Virus record (IMG/VR): IMGVR_UViG_2671180568_000001
Strand: one strand, 5' to 3'
Source of the DNA: a virus
Lineage: Duplodnaviria; Heunggongvirae; Uroviricota; Caudoviricetes
Length of the DNA stretch: 34,764 nucleotides
This document shows positions 9,442 through 18,473 of this stretch, piece by piece. Position 1 is the first letter of the stretch, and each line of letters begins with the position of its first letter. The translations under genes were made by a program, and so were the position numbers. The notes below the pieces were generated by a model. The model saw only the letters and a list, made by a program, of their open reading frames with translations, ran no database searches and was not told the DNA's origin.

Positions 9442-9891
9442 CAGGCAGCCCTCACGATATAATTAAAGGCAATGTTACGAGGTCGGTTTTCGTTTGCAGT
9501 TGGAACAACTCTGGAAGCATCGAATGTTACTCGCTTTGCATAACCACCTTTAATTGAATCAGATGAAGCATCTCCGATGACGCTGGTTGTAAAAACGCCA
9601 GAATCAGAAGGGTAGGTATTAAACCTGACATCCACTAATGCACCAATTATATTTCGAATGGCATCTCCCTGTGACGAAAGCAAGCTACGGTTAGTATCTA
9701 TTCCTCTTCCGTCATCCCAGCCACGAATGAACTCACCACGTAAATCAGGCAATTTATTTGTCGGGTAAGCCTTTGCCAGTTCCGGGTATTCTTCAGCAGA
9801 AAAAGCCGCACCGTTGCATTTCAGCCAGCCTGTTGGCGGAGTGGCGGAAGGCCACGGAACAGGCACACCAACGGGTAATGCCGAACCTTCT
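9441..9891 (-). CDS. alternative tail-fibre C-terminal cassette Hv2, mirror copy, running into the N gap
   Basis: Same protein as 9902..10362; ends ...RNIAFNYIVRAA. Confidence 0.45.
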
Positions 9892-9901
9892 NNNNNNNNN
9901 N
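9892..9901. other. run of 10 N (assembly gap) beside the palindrome axis
   Basis: Literal N characters; the mirror positions 9902-9911 read ttggtttggg. Confidence 0.99.
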
Positions 9902-10362
9902 TTGGTTTGGGAGAAGGTTCGGCATTACCCGTTGGTGTGCCTGTTCCGTGGCCTTCCGCCACTCCGCCAACAGGCTGGCTGAAATGCAACGGTGCGGCTT
10001 TTTCTGCTGAAGAATACCCGGAACTGGCAAAGGCTTACCCGACAAATAAATTGCCTGATTTACGTGGTGAGTTCATTCGTGGCTGGGATGACGGAAGAGG
10101 AATAGATACTAACCGTAGCTTGCTTTCGTCACAGGGAGATGCCATTCGAAATATAATTGGTGCATTAGTGGATGTCAGGTTTAATACCTACCCTTCTGAT
10201 TCTGGCGTTTTTACAACCAGCGTCATCGGAGATGCTTCATCTGATTCAATTAAAGGTGGTTATGCAAAGCGAGTAACATTCGATGCTTCCAGAGTTGTTC
10301 CAACTGCAAACGAAAACCGACCTCGTAACATTGCCTTTAATTATATCGTGAGGGCTGCCTGA
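9902..10362 (+). CDS. alternative tail-fibre C-terminal cassette Hv2 (receptor-binding tip, promoterless)
   Basis: Begins with the crossover-site peptide GLGE; the C-terminal NIAFNYIVRAA matches the conserved end of P2/Mu-type fibre tips as recalled. Confidence 0.55.
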
Positions 10363-10964
10363 TGAATAAAGCCGTATTAAATAACGAACTCATTGCCATA
10401 AAAGCGGGAGACATTACCATTTATAATTATGATGGTGAAACGCGGGAATATATTTCCACATCAACTGAATATCTTGCGGTTGGCGTCGGTATCCCGGCAT
10501 GTTCTTGTTTAGATGCACCAGTTACACATAAAGCTGGTTATGCAATCTGCCGTTCTGCAGATTTTAACTCATGGGAATATGTGCCAGACCATCGCGGTGA
10601 AATCATCTATAGCACCGAAACAGGAGAATCGAAAGAAATCACAGCTCCGGGTGATTACCCTGAAAATACAACCACTATCGCCCCGTTAACGCCATATGAT
10701 AAATGGGATGGTGAGAAATGGGTGACGGATACTGAGGCACAGCATAGTGCCGCAGTAGACGCGGCAGAAGCACAGCGCCAGTCACTGATTGATGCAGCAA
10801 TGGCTTCCATTAGTCTGATTCAGCTGAAATTACAGGCCGGACGGAAGTTGACGCAGGCAGAAACAACCCGACTTAACGCCGTGCTGGATTACATTGACGC
10901 GGTGACGGCAACAGATACCAGCACCGCGCCGGATGTCATCTGGCCTGAACTGCCGGAGGCGTAG
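10362..10964 (+). CDS. tail fibre assembly protein Tfa2, cognate chaperone of Hv2
   Basis: 200-aa ORF overlapping the Hv2 stop (ATGA); C-terminal ...APDVIWPELPEA typical of Tfa/gpG-like chaperones. Confidence 0.7.
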   Translation: MNKAVLNNELIAIKAGDITIYNYDGETREYISTSTEYLAVGVGIPACSCLDAPVTHKAGYAICRSADFNSWEYVPDHRGEIIYSTETGESKEITAPGDYPENTTTIAPLTPYDKWDGEKWVTDTEAQHSAAVDAAEAQRQSLIDAAMASISLIQLKLQAGRKLTQAETTRLNAVLDYIDAVTATDTSTAPDVIWPELPEA

Positions 10965-11376
10965 GCCATTCAATATCTGGAGCACTGGAGGTATCGACCA
11001 GTTCCAGTGCGTCCAGATAATCCAGCCACAAATTATATTGCGCCAGTTCCTCACCTTTCAGGCGACCAATAGCCGCTTTACCAGGCCATTGTTTACTGTT
11101 CATATAATCGTTGGCCTGATTAATCAGTTGCTGCTTTTCCAGTTCGGCTGCAGCAATCTGTTCCTCATGTGTTGGTGGTGGAATTTCAGACCATGCAGGA
11201 AAACCATTTTCTCCAGCGATACGGATTTTTCCTTTCGGCGGTAATCCGGAAAACTCAATATACGCTTGCTCATCAACTTCAACAGCATCATCTGGCCATG
11301 AGTCAGCTTGAGTGTAATCCTCTTTCATCTCCAGCGGATAGAAAGAGTTTGTAGTCACGGAATATATGTAATTCAT
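10936..11376 (-). CDS. tail fibre assembly protein Tfa1 (gpG-like), cognate chaperone of the expressed fibre
   Basis: 146-aa ORF directly downstream of H; C-terminal ...APDIEWPTPPAVQAR. Confidence 0.8.
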   Translation of the reverse strand: MNYIYSVTTNSFYPLEMKEDYTQADSWPDDAVEVDEQAYIEFSGLPPKGKIRIAGENGFPAWSEIPPPTHEEQIAAAELEKQQLINQANDYMNSKQWPGKAAIGRLKGEELAQYNLWLDYLDALELVDTSSAPDIEWPTPPAVQAR

Positions 11377-11397
11377 TTTTCACTCCATATAGCTAAA

Positions 11398-12357
11398 TTA
11401 ACAGCCTAACGCTAAAAATGAAGCGCCGAGGCCAGGAGTACTGGCTCTGGATATAAATTTAACCGGGTCGGGACTAAAACCTGCACAGGCAATATAACCA
11501 ACAGCCCCGCTATCTGGTGTGTAGTCTTGTGAGACCAAAACACGCAGACATCTGTTTGGAAATGCAATCGGGAAATGGGTTACTACATCCTGTGCAATGC
11601 CTGGTGCGCCGATTGAGCCCCACTGAAGAATAAAACCTGATGGTAATTTTTGATATCCAGTACCTGAAACAGAAAGCGTGAAGCTACCCATATCAGGTAT
11701 CTGATTTGCCCCTGTCCCTACATTCCTTTTAGCCGCTTCTCCTAAACCAAGGTTTTTGAGAACCTCAGCAACCAATCCGGCGTCGGCCATTTCTTTTAGT
11801 GCGTTCGCAATCAGCGGGTATTGCTTATGCGGGTTAGCCTTTGCCTCATGATCTTTCATGAGTTTGTCGGCGTAGCTCTTCACCTCGATGACTGCATCGT
11901 CGACATATTTACGGGTTGCCAGCACGACTGACGGGTCGATTTTTAAGGTGATCGCCGAAGTGCTCGAGACAACGAGAATCATGCGAATGGTCTGCGTTCG
12001 GCCGCTCCCCTCAGCCAGTAACGGTTTATAGGTTTCCGGGCAGTTGGCGACAGCAATCAGGATACCTTCATCATCGTAAAGACCGATTTCGCGGATAAAG
12101 AAACCGCCCTCGTTTTCCGGGATGATCTGCTCGGCAATAATCTGACCGGTGTCGTTAGCATCTACTGCCAGTGAATTTAGCAGCTCGCGGCGACGCTCGT
12201 TAATGAGCTTTGTCTGAGCCGGGTCAGGTGTCGGCAGTGTGCCGTTTCCGTCCCCGACGGCCATTTGTGTAATATTCAGTTTAGTACCGAGTGCGGTCGC
12301 GTTTGCCAGTCGCGCCGCGCCCTGATGGGTCAGAATGGCAAAATATTTAGTCGTCAT
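11398..12357 (-). CDS. H: tail fibre protein H (constant N-terminal part fused to cassette Hv1)
   Basis: 319-aa ORF with P2 gpH-like N-terminus ([22 protein letters not shown]...MAVGDGNG); its C-terminus is duplicated at 8053..8405. Confidence 0.85.
   Translation of the reverse strand: MTTKYFAILTHQGAARLANATALGTKLNITQMAVGDGNGTLPTPDPAQTKLINERRRELLNSLAVDANDTGQIIAEQIIPENEGGFFIREIGLYDDEGILIAVANCPETYKPLLAEGSGRTQTIRMILVVSSTSAITLKIDPSVVLATRKYVDDAVIEVKSYADKLMKDHEAKANPHKQYPLIANALKEMADAGLVAEVLKNLGLGEAAKRNVGTGANQIPDMGSFTLSVSGTGYQKLPSGFILQWGSIGAPGIAQDVVTHFPIAFPNRCLRVLVSQDYTPDSGAVGYIACAGFSPDPVKFISRASTPGLGASFLALGC
11737..11762. other. hix/gix-like 26-bp crossover site inside H (minus strand TTCTCAAAAACC-TT-GGTTTAGGAGAA)
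   Basis: Dyad half-sites; encodes [10 protein letters not shown] at the constant/variable junction of H; the palindrome arm ends at its central dinucleotide (11750). Confidence 0.6.
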
Positions 12358-12965
12358 GCGCTTACTCGCAGGTTATCAATCAGATGAATGGCCGAAGCCG
12401 GACAAAACTCACCACCGACGACAATCTCCCCGGAGGCATAGGGATATACGGTTAACAGGTCGCCGTCGTAGCAGCTTGCGCCCACATAAGCGCGCCCGGT
12501 GGTGCTCAGGCTGATAGCGAGCCCGGTCAGGTGTCGGCTTGCCGGTTTTGCCCCTTCAATAAGGCGCTCGAGCTCGAGATACATCTCATCGGTGATGCCG
12601 GTCTCGAGTACGCCAACCACAAGCCGGAAAGTTCCCGGCTCTTCGTTGAGCTCCCACCACTCTTTAACCTCAATCAGATAGCCCAGCGGCTCCACCACGC
12701 GCCGTAATGCGGCGATGGTGCCTTTGTGGGCATGAACATAAAATGCGGAGGCGATAACGCTGCGTTTTGTGGCCTCCGGCCATCTCTCATCCCACCGGTC
12801 AACCGAAAATGCCCACGCCAGATACGGCAGCAGCCGCACCGGGCAAGTGCGCCAGTTCCACAACGTGCGAAGCGGTACCGGCACACGCTCAATATCTGCG
12901 GCCGCGCGGGCGGCGGCGACCTCGAGCAGCGATGAGCCAACAGGCAACAGTCGCTTATTACTCAT
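12354..12965 (-). CDS. I: baseplate assembly protein I
   Basis: Start chosen at [26 protein letters not shown] (ATG at 12965, overlapping the J stop); the ORF-track 244-aa form is an N-terminal extension. Confidence 0.85.
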   Translation of the reverse strand: MSNKRLLPVGSSLLEVAAARAAADIERVPVPLRTLWNWRTCPVRLLPYLAWAFSVDRWDERWPEATKRSVIASAFYVHAHKGTIAALRRVVEPLGYLIEVKEWWELNEEPGTFRLVVGVLETGITDEMYLELERLIEGAKPASRHLTGLAISLSTTGRAYVGASCYDGDLLTVYPYASGEIVVGGEFCPASAIHLIDNLRVSA

Positions 12966-13866
12966 CGGCCCCCCCGTCAGCGATGTGGTATTCGGTGCAA
13001 CAGGATGCCTGGTATTTACTGAGCACAATGTCAGCCAGTGGCGCGGCGAGTTCGACACGCTGCACACCTTCGACATGCAGGGCGGCATAGATGGCCGACT
13101 GACGAATGTCCCGGCCCAGTCGCTGTTGTGCGCTGATGTATGCCTTCAGTTTTTCCTCTGCGGCCTGACGGATTGGCTCGGCCTCCGGCCCCGGATAAAA
13201 ATACAGAGTTGCATCAATCTGATACGGCACGATTTCAGCACTCTGCACCGTCACCCTGTCGCCAACCGGGCGCACCTCTTCAGCATTTAGTGCTTTTTCA
13301 ACGATGGTCAGAAGCTCATCGGATGCGGTGCCGTCATCCTCGCGTGACAGCACGGTGATGGTCACACAGGCCGGTGACGGGCTGACAACCGAGATATCAG
13401 CGACCCGACCGTCGGCGCTGCGACCGTGGTATTCATATGCGCCGACCGGACCAGCCACGCTGAGCCCTTCATAAGCCTGTTGTGCGCGTAACCGTAAATC
13501 GGTATCAGATTCCATGACGGCGGGTGTCGGCGGGATAGTGCTGTCATCGGCGGGCGTCACAATCTGTCGCGCGGTGTTGTTGTTTCCGGCCATCACATCA
13601 AGGTCGTTATTACTCGCATAAGCCAGTGTGCAGCCTTTCGCCGCATCGTTTACACGCTGACGCCAGATAACCTCCCGATAGGCGTTTTCCTCCAGATACT
13701 TCACCAGTGGCTCAGACTCAAGGGCGAGAGTACGCGCAACAGCGTCCTGTTGTTCTTCAGGGTAAAGCGAGACCAGCGTCGCTTTGCGTTCCGCGAGAAT
13801 AGTCTCAAAATCCAGCGTTTCCACGACGTCAGGCGCGGGGAGCTGGCTCAGGTCGATGTTTGCCAT
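12958..13866 (-). CDS. J: baseplate assembly protein J
   Basis: 302-aa ORF MANIDLSQLPAPDVVETLDFETILAERKA..., P2 gpJ-like. Confidence 0.9.
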   Translation of the reverse strand: MANIDLSQLPAPDVVETLDFETILAERKATLVSLYPEEQQDAVARTLALESEPLVKYLEENAYREVIWRQRVNDAAKGCTLAYASNNDLDVMAGNNNTARQIVTPADDSTIPPTPAVMESDTDLRLRAQQAYEGLSVAGPVGAYEYHGRSADGRVADISVVSPSPACVTITVLSREDDGTASDELLTIVEKALNAEEVRPVGDRVTVQSAEIVPYQIDATLYFYPGPEAEPIRQAAEEKLKAYISAQQRLGRDIRQSAIYAALHVEGVQRVELAAPLADIVLSKYQASCCTEYHIADGGADE

Positions 13867-13870
13867 AAAT

Positions 13871-14218
13871 TCAACTCACAGGAATAGTCAGTGACAGGGT
13901 TTTGCCGGTGTCCCGGGTCTCGCCGGTCAGCTCAACAATCATCTGACCGTTAAACTGACGTTCTACCGTCAGCGAGCTGATGCTGATGCGCGGCTCCCAC
14001 TTCAGCAGCGCCATATAACAGGCGCACATAATTTGCAGTCTCAGCGCGTCGGTCTGCGGCATATCAATCAGGGAGAACAACAGCGAGCCATAATCGCGAC
14101 GCATCACGCGAGAGCCGACCGGCGTTCGCAAAATATCGCCACAGCTCTGACGGATGTGATCGGCGTCAGTGATGGCGCGCCCGGTCTCCCTGTTCATACC
14201 GATATAACGGGTCGTCAT
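13871..14218 (-). CDS. W: baseplate protein W (gp25-like)
   Basis: 115-aa ORF between V and J. Confidence 0.9.
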   Translation of the reverse strand: MTTRYIGMNRETGRAITDADHIRQSCGDILRTPVGSRVMRRDYGSLLFSLIDMPQTDALRLQIMCACYMALLKWEPRISISSLTVERQFNGQMIVELTGETRDTGKTLSLTIPVS

Positions 14219-14856
14219 TTCGTGCCCTCCGTCCAGGCTCCACCTCTTTGCACACCGCCGTGACCGTGGCTGTCGACCTGAACGCCGTTGGATTTAAACG
14301 TACCGTCGGTGTGTTCGATGTTTCCGCGCATGGTGCCGCCTTGTTGTACCTCAAGCGTCGCCGTCGTCAGTTTGTTGGTGCAGACCACTTCCGGTGTATC
14401 GAGGGTGATGCGGGTCTCGGCTTTCACCGTCACCAGCGGTACCGTCGCGGTGATGGAATCCGACGCCGTAACGTCTGCGGTTTTAATGCCGCTCACGGTC
14501 AGCGCGCCGGTCTCCGGCTCGTACTCGATAACAGCCCCATCAGGAAAGGTGATGTGAAAAGCATCAGCCGACGCCGACGGCGCGGGGTGGTCATCCGAAA
14601 AAATGCCGGGCAGCACAAAAGCGGTGTCGAGTTCACCACCCACGGCCAGCAGTAAAACCTGCTCGCCCACAGACGGAGCCCACCAGACACGTGAACGACC
14701 GGCGCGTGTGGTCAGCCACTGAAGCCAGTCGGTAACAATGCCGCCAGTCTGGACGCGACAGCGCCCGTCATCGAGGTCAACTTCGACGACGACGCCGGTA
14801 CGTATCAGGTTGCGAAGGAGGCGTAAAGCGTCCTGAAGAGTTGCGCGAGTATTCAT
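14215..14856 (-). CDS. V: baseplate spike/assembly protein V
   Basis: Start chosen at MNTRATLQDALRLLRNL (ATG at 14856); the upstream extension in the ORF track is rejected. Confidence 0.85.
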   Translation of the reverse strand: MNTRATLQDALRLLRNLIRTGVVVEVDLDDGRCRVQTGGIVTDWLQWLTTRAGRSRVWWAPSVGEQVLLLAVGGELDTAFVLPGIFSDDHPAPSASADAFHITFPDGAVIEYEPETGALTVSGIKTADVTASDSITATVPLVTVKAETRITLDTPEVVCTNKLTTATLEVQQGGTMRGNIEHTDGTFKSNGVQVDSHGHGGVQRGGAWTEGTK

Positions 14857-14932
14857 ACAAGGAAGGATGCCGCCCGGTGCTCTGGACGGCAATTAATGCG
14901 GGTTTTACCAGATATGGCACAACATACAAAAA

Positions 14933-16276
14933 CTAGCTTGGGGTAACTGTAACCTGACGAGAAAAAACAACAGGCTCCTTCAATTGCTCACATATAATTT
15001 TAAAATTAATAACTCCAGAGCCAATCGTTAAGGGAATGATGACTATTTCCTCATACTCAACAGTTAAGCTCTGTAACACTTTTTTCGCACGCAACGTGAT
15101 TTTATGGTCCTCTTTCATGACCCACTCATCTTGGTTAACTGTTCCTAAATCAGCCATCCGTTTAATTATTGCTGGCACTTCGAAATGAGGTTTAGCCATT
15201 ACCATCGATGTATCATCAAAAATACCCATCCTAAAATTTTCGAGTGACATTATAGCACTGAGTCTTTTTTTATGCTTACTTATTGGGGACTCAGGGATTT
15301 TTAATTTCGGCTCTTTTATAAATAAGTCTTCATTAGAACCTTTAAGCACTATTAGGAATTCAGGAAAATCAATCTCAACATAAACATTTGACGCAAAAGT
15401 CCTCCCATTATTTCTTAAAACGGGCTTCACTGTAATTGCATTGTTTTTGTAATTACAGTGCAATCTCATTTTTTTATTATATAAATCCACATCTTTATCA
15501 GTAGGCAGTGAAGAGTTATATGATTCAATCTCATCAATGGTGATAGTGTCCTTCAACTCAAGAGGTACCGCTTCCTTGCATAGTTGTGGAAGGTAATCCT
15601 GATAAGTCGACTCCACATCCACCGTCAAAGCTAAGTCATTATCAATCATGCTCAGCTCTAATTGAGGTGCATCGCTATGTAATTGGCTTTCATATTCGCG
15701 GACTTTTTCCCTTAATTTTCTATTTTCATTAGATAGCTCAGCCAACTCGGCGGTAATCTCTTTAGATGCGACCTGGTCACCGCGCACCCATCCTATTCGT
15801 GGATTTCGTCGCATTACTTTTGGTAAGGCGATAGCAACCTTCGTCGCTAACTCATCAATTGTCTCCCAAAAATCACACATTTTGTTAGCTTTAGCTTTTT
15901 CAATAAAAGCATTTAGTTGCTTTTCTTTTTGAGGGTCACTTTCTCGTTCATGTGGTTTTGTTAAAACGTCCCTCCCTCTAATAAAAGCCAACACCGGTAT
16001 ATTTAATGATTTAGCATAGTTATATTCCATTTCAGTATAGCTAATACCATCTTTAGAAACGGACCCATACTTATGCCCAATGATAATCACATAATAATCA
16101 CTAGCATCAATAGTCTCCTTTATTATATCCCACTGCTCAGAGTCATCAGCGCTAAACATCTCCATGCCAACTGGAAAGTGGTATAAACTAAGGACCGTTT
16201 CTATGATTTTTTTGCGAGCATCAATTAAATCGACGTATGTAGAGCTCACAAATACTTGATATTTTTTATTTTCCAT
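14933..16276 (-). CDS. cargo protein with DUF4062-like N-terminal domain and uncharacterised C-terminal region; candidate single-gene defence factor
   Basis: AT-rich 447-aa ORF between S and V; N-terminal motifs YQVFVSSTYVDL..ARKK, HFPVGMEMF, YYVIIIGHKYGS as recalled for DUF4062; AGGA RBS before ATG at 16276. Confidence 0.75.
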   Translation of the reverse strand: MENKKYQVFVSSTYVDLIDARKKIIETVLSLYHFPVGMEMFSADDSEQWDIIKETIDASDYYVIIIGHKYGSVSKDGISYTEMEYNYAKSLNIPVLAFIRGRDVLTKPHERESDPQKEKQLNAFIEKAKANKMCDFWETIDELATKVAIALPKVMRRNPRIGWVRGDQVASKEITAELAELSNENRKLREKVREYESQLHSDAPQLELSMIDNDLALTVDVESTYQDYLPQLCKEAVPLELKDTITIDEIESYNSSLPTDKDVDLYNKKMRLHCNYKNNAITVKPVLRNNGRTFASNVYVEIDFPEFLIVLKGSNEDLFIKEPKLKIPESPISKHKKRLSAIMSLENFRMGIFDDTSMVMAKPHFEVPAIIKRMADLGTVNQDEWVMKEDHKITLRAKKVLQSLTVEYEEIVIIPLTIGSGVINFKIICEQLKEPVVFSRQVTVTPS

Positions 16277-16313
16277 AACATCCTCACTTGTATAGAAAAT
16301 AAAATACATAAAA

Positions 16314-16781
16314 TCAATCAATAGATCTAGCCGCCTCAGCTAAAGAAACCATAATTATGTCATGAATCATATTTTTTGATTCATGATCAAACCCGATAAG
16401 CATTCGGGCGTCATACTGTACCGGCGCACTGTTTCGCCCAGGCTTATCTTTGAGACCGTACTGATGCACATTCGCCATCCGTTGTACCTTGCCGGTAAAT
16501 TCCACGACCGCCGAGTCATTCCCCGCTGTGGCTTTCATAAAGCGACTGGTGCGGAGCTTAGCGAACATTTCCCGCTTAACCCGGCCTGTTTTGGCTTTTA
16601 CCGGCTGGCGTTTTCGGGCGGCGTAAGGTGTCCCGTCCGGGGCTTTCTGCATTTTAATCCGGCGCTGTTGACGGGCTCGCAGGGTCTTAGCGATATCTGC
16701 GGCCATTCTGCGACGGGCGGCAGGAGACAGCGCTGCTATCAGCCCCGTGAGCGTATCGTCAAAGGGTTTAAAGTCATTCAT
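16314..16781 (-). CDS. S: tail completion protein S
   Basis: 155-aa ORF downstream of R, P2 gpS-like. Confidence 0.85.
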   Translation of the reverse strand: MNDFKPFDDTLTGLIAALSPAARRRMAADIAKTLRARQQRRIKMQKAPDGTPYAARKRQPVKAKTGRVKREMFAKLRTSRFMKATAGNDSAVVEFTGKVQRMANVHQYGLKDKPGRNSAPVQYDARMLIGFDHESKNMIHDIIMVSLAEAARSID

Positions 16782-17241
16782 GCAATCGACTCACGAGCTC
16801 ACCGTTAACATACAGCTCAACTGGCCGGGTAACGGGCTCCGGCGGCTGCGGCTCTTCAGCCTGTTCAACGTGAAGCTTATCCCCCTGTTCTTTAACGATA
16901 GTGCGCTCGGTCAGCATCAGACTGATACTGATATCGACGCTGTCGTTGTCGTTGATATCGGCAAAATAGGTGAATCCCTTTTTACGCCCTTCATCGGTCG
17001 TCATAATGTCAGCCTGATGTATGCGTAGCCACGCCTGAATCGGGACGAGTAACAGCTCGATATCATCCGTGAAATCGGTCACCACCACATTCAGCGTGTA
17101 CCGGTTCTCAAACGACAGCGACGTCGCCAGCGTCGAGGCCAGATTCCCGTTGTCGATAAAGACACGCATCATATCGGGGTTTCGTGCCAGCACCGGCACG
17201 GCGTCAGTTAAGGCTTTTCGCAGACTCTTCGGCTTGTACAT
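16774..17241 (-). CDS. R: tail completion protein R
   Basis: 155-aa ORF MYKPKSLRKALTDAVPVLARNPDMMRVFIDNG..., P2 gpR-like. Confidence 0.88.
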   Translation of the reverse strand: MYKPKSLRKALTDAVPVLARNPDMMRVFIDNGNLASTLATSLSFENRYTLNVVVTDFTDDIELLLVPIQAWLRIHQADIMTTDEGRKKGFTYFADINDNDSVDISISLMLTERTIVKEQGDKLHVEQAEEPQPPEPVTRPVELYVNGELVSRLHE

Positions 17242-17494
17242 CGATTTTATCCTGACAGTGTTTTATCGTTCTGACCTGAAGCGCACAGCGCTCGAGGGCG
17301 CTTTCGAGCTGGCGTATATCCGCGCTCAGGTCGCCATTGGTAGTCGGGTCACTTCCCGGCATCGGGCAAAGGCTGACCTTCGGACATGCGTTGTAAACAA
17401 TCACCGGCGTCGGCACAGGCGGCGCGCTGGTGCAACCGGCGCACAGCATCAGGTAAATCAGCGCTATACCAGCGGCGAAGCTGTTCATTTTCAT
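17204..17494 (-). CDS. lysC: LysC-like outer-membrane lipoprotein spanin (Rz1-like), embedded in and extending past lysB
   Basis: Internal start MKMNSFAAGIALIYLMLCAGCTS gives a signal peptide plus lipobox (LCAGC); overlaps lysB out of frame. Confidence 0.5.
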   Translation of the reverse strand: MKMNSFAAGIALIYLMLCAGCTSAPPVPTPVIVYNACPKVSLCPMPGSDPTTNGDLSADIRQLESALERCALQVRTIKHCQDKIDVQAEESAKSLN

Positions 17495-17762
17495 TGAGTA
17501 ACCTCGTAATGGTCTGTTCCCGACGCTGTGCCCGCGCTCCGGCATCGATGAGCTCACCGCGCAGTAAGACCTGAGCGGTCTCATTTTCCCCACGGATACG
17601 GGAGGCCGTTTTAAGCTGGCTTTTCAGCATGGTAATCACCGTTTTTTGGTCACCGGCGACTTTATTCGCCCGTTCAAAGGAACGGGTCAGACTGGTGTTT
17701 TCGTGGCGCATCCAGAGCAGCCCGGCCACGGCCAGCACTAACAACACGACTATCGTTTTCAT
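17349..17762 (-). CDS. lysB: LysB-like inner-membrane spanin (Rz-like)
   Basis: 137-aa ORF with N-terminal TM helix (IVVLLVLAVAGLLW) and charged coiled-coil body. Confidence 0.75.
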   Translation of the reverse strand: MKTIVVLLVLAVAGLLWMRHENTSLTRSFERANKVAGDQKTVITMLKSQLKTASRIRGENETAQVLLRGELIDAGARAQRREQTITRLLNENEQLRRWYSADLPDAVRRLHQRAACADAGDCLQRMSEGQPLPDAGK

Positions 17763-18268
17763 TTCACCCCCTTCAGGCAGTAGGTGCGCTCACGAAAGCG
17801 GCGGTTTTCGACCCCGGCATTACGCTCACCATTCACAAACACCCAGCGGGTGAGCTGGTCACAGGCCTGCCACCATTGCCGGTGTTTCAGGTGATACACC
17901 AGCGTCGAGCGACAGGCCGCGCCGGTGCCGACGTTAAAAGCGAAGCTGACCAGCGCGTCATAGACGGCGGGTGGCATGTCCACCGGCACACAGACCGCGA
18001 GTCGTTTCTCGACGTTCAGCACGTCGGCGACCAGATTCGCGGCGGCTTCCTTCTCGGTGATATCCCGTTTCGGTACCACCCCGGCAGTGTGGCCGATGCC
18101 TGACGTCCACACACCCGCGCTGCACTGGTAAGGACGCAACCGGCACCCCTCGAGGTCGGCAATCAGCGCGAGCCCTTCCGGCGAGGTGTGAAGCAAACGA
18201 AAATCAGGCACCAGTGCCGCCAGCGCCAGCACGACGGCCACACTGCAACGTTTAACGAATGAGCCCAC
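17759..18268 (-). CDS. K: endolysin, T4-lysozyme-like (GH24), with N-terminal signal-anchor-release (SAR) segment
   Basis: GTG start at 18268 preceded by AAGGGGG; hydrophobic CSVAVVLALAALV, then EG..L..Y.........GIGHT catalytic-region pattern. Confidence 0.75.
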   Translation of the reverse strand: MGSFVKRCSVAVVLALAALVPDFRLLHTSPEGLALIADLEGCRLRPYQCSAGVWTSGIGHTAGVVPKRDITEKEAAANLVADVLNVEKRLAVCVPVDMPPAVYDALVSFAFNVGTGAACRSTLVYHLKHRQWWQACDQLTRWVFVNGERNAGVENRRFRERTYCLKGVK

Positions 18269-18473
18269 GAATAACCCCCTTATCAATCCCCATCGAGACG
18301 AGATAGCGGTATTTCTTTCGCTGGTACCAGAAGTTAACCAGCGCGGTAAAAATGGCGCAGCTTCCCCCGACATAAAGCGCGAGCCGTTCCGGCGTCTGCG
18401 TACCGAAATACGCCAGCACCACTGACAGCCAGTAGGTCAGAAAGGTTGTGATTTTATCCACAGTCAGTCCCAT
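18252..18473 (-). CDS. Y: holin (two TM helices; pinholin-like)
   Basis: 73-aa ORF with two hydrophobic helices, directly upstream of and overlapping the endolysin. Confidence 0.65.
   Translation of the reverse strand: MGLTVDKITTFLTYWLSVVLAYFGTQTPERLALYVGGSCAIFTALVNFWYQRKKYRYLVSMGIDKGVIRGLIR

Larger units (their letters stand above)
8053..11750. repeat. 3.7-kb perfect inverted duplication (palindrome) of the tail-fibre cassette, axis between 9901 and 9902
   Basis: ORF pairs with identical translations at mirror coordinates summing to 19803 (8427..8867 with 10936..11376, 8839..9441 with 10362..10964, 9441..9989 with 9814..10362); arm ends checked by hand. Confidence 0.85.

Noticed and set aside
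8449-11354. Mirror-image small ORFs inside the palindrome (for example 8559..8870 with 10933..11244, 8749..8973 with 10830..11054, 9758..9982 with 9821..10045)
   Set aside because: Antisense to the Tfa/Hv genes and duplicated only because the DNA is palindromic; no independent coding evidence.
8053-11750. Large inverted repeat considered as a CRISPR array or an IS element
   Set aside because: No short direct repeats with spacers and no transposase; the arms encode tail-fibre cassettes and end at invertase sites.
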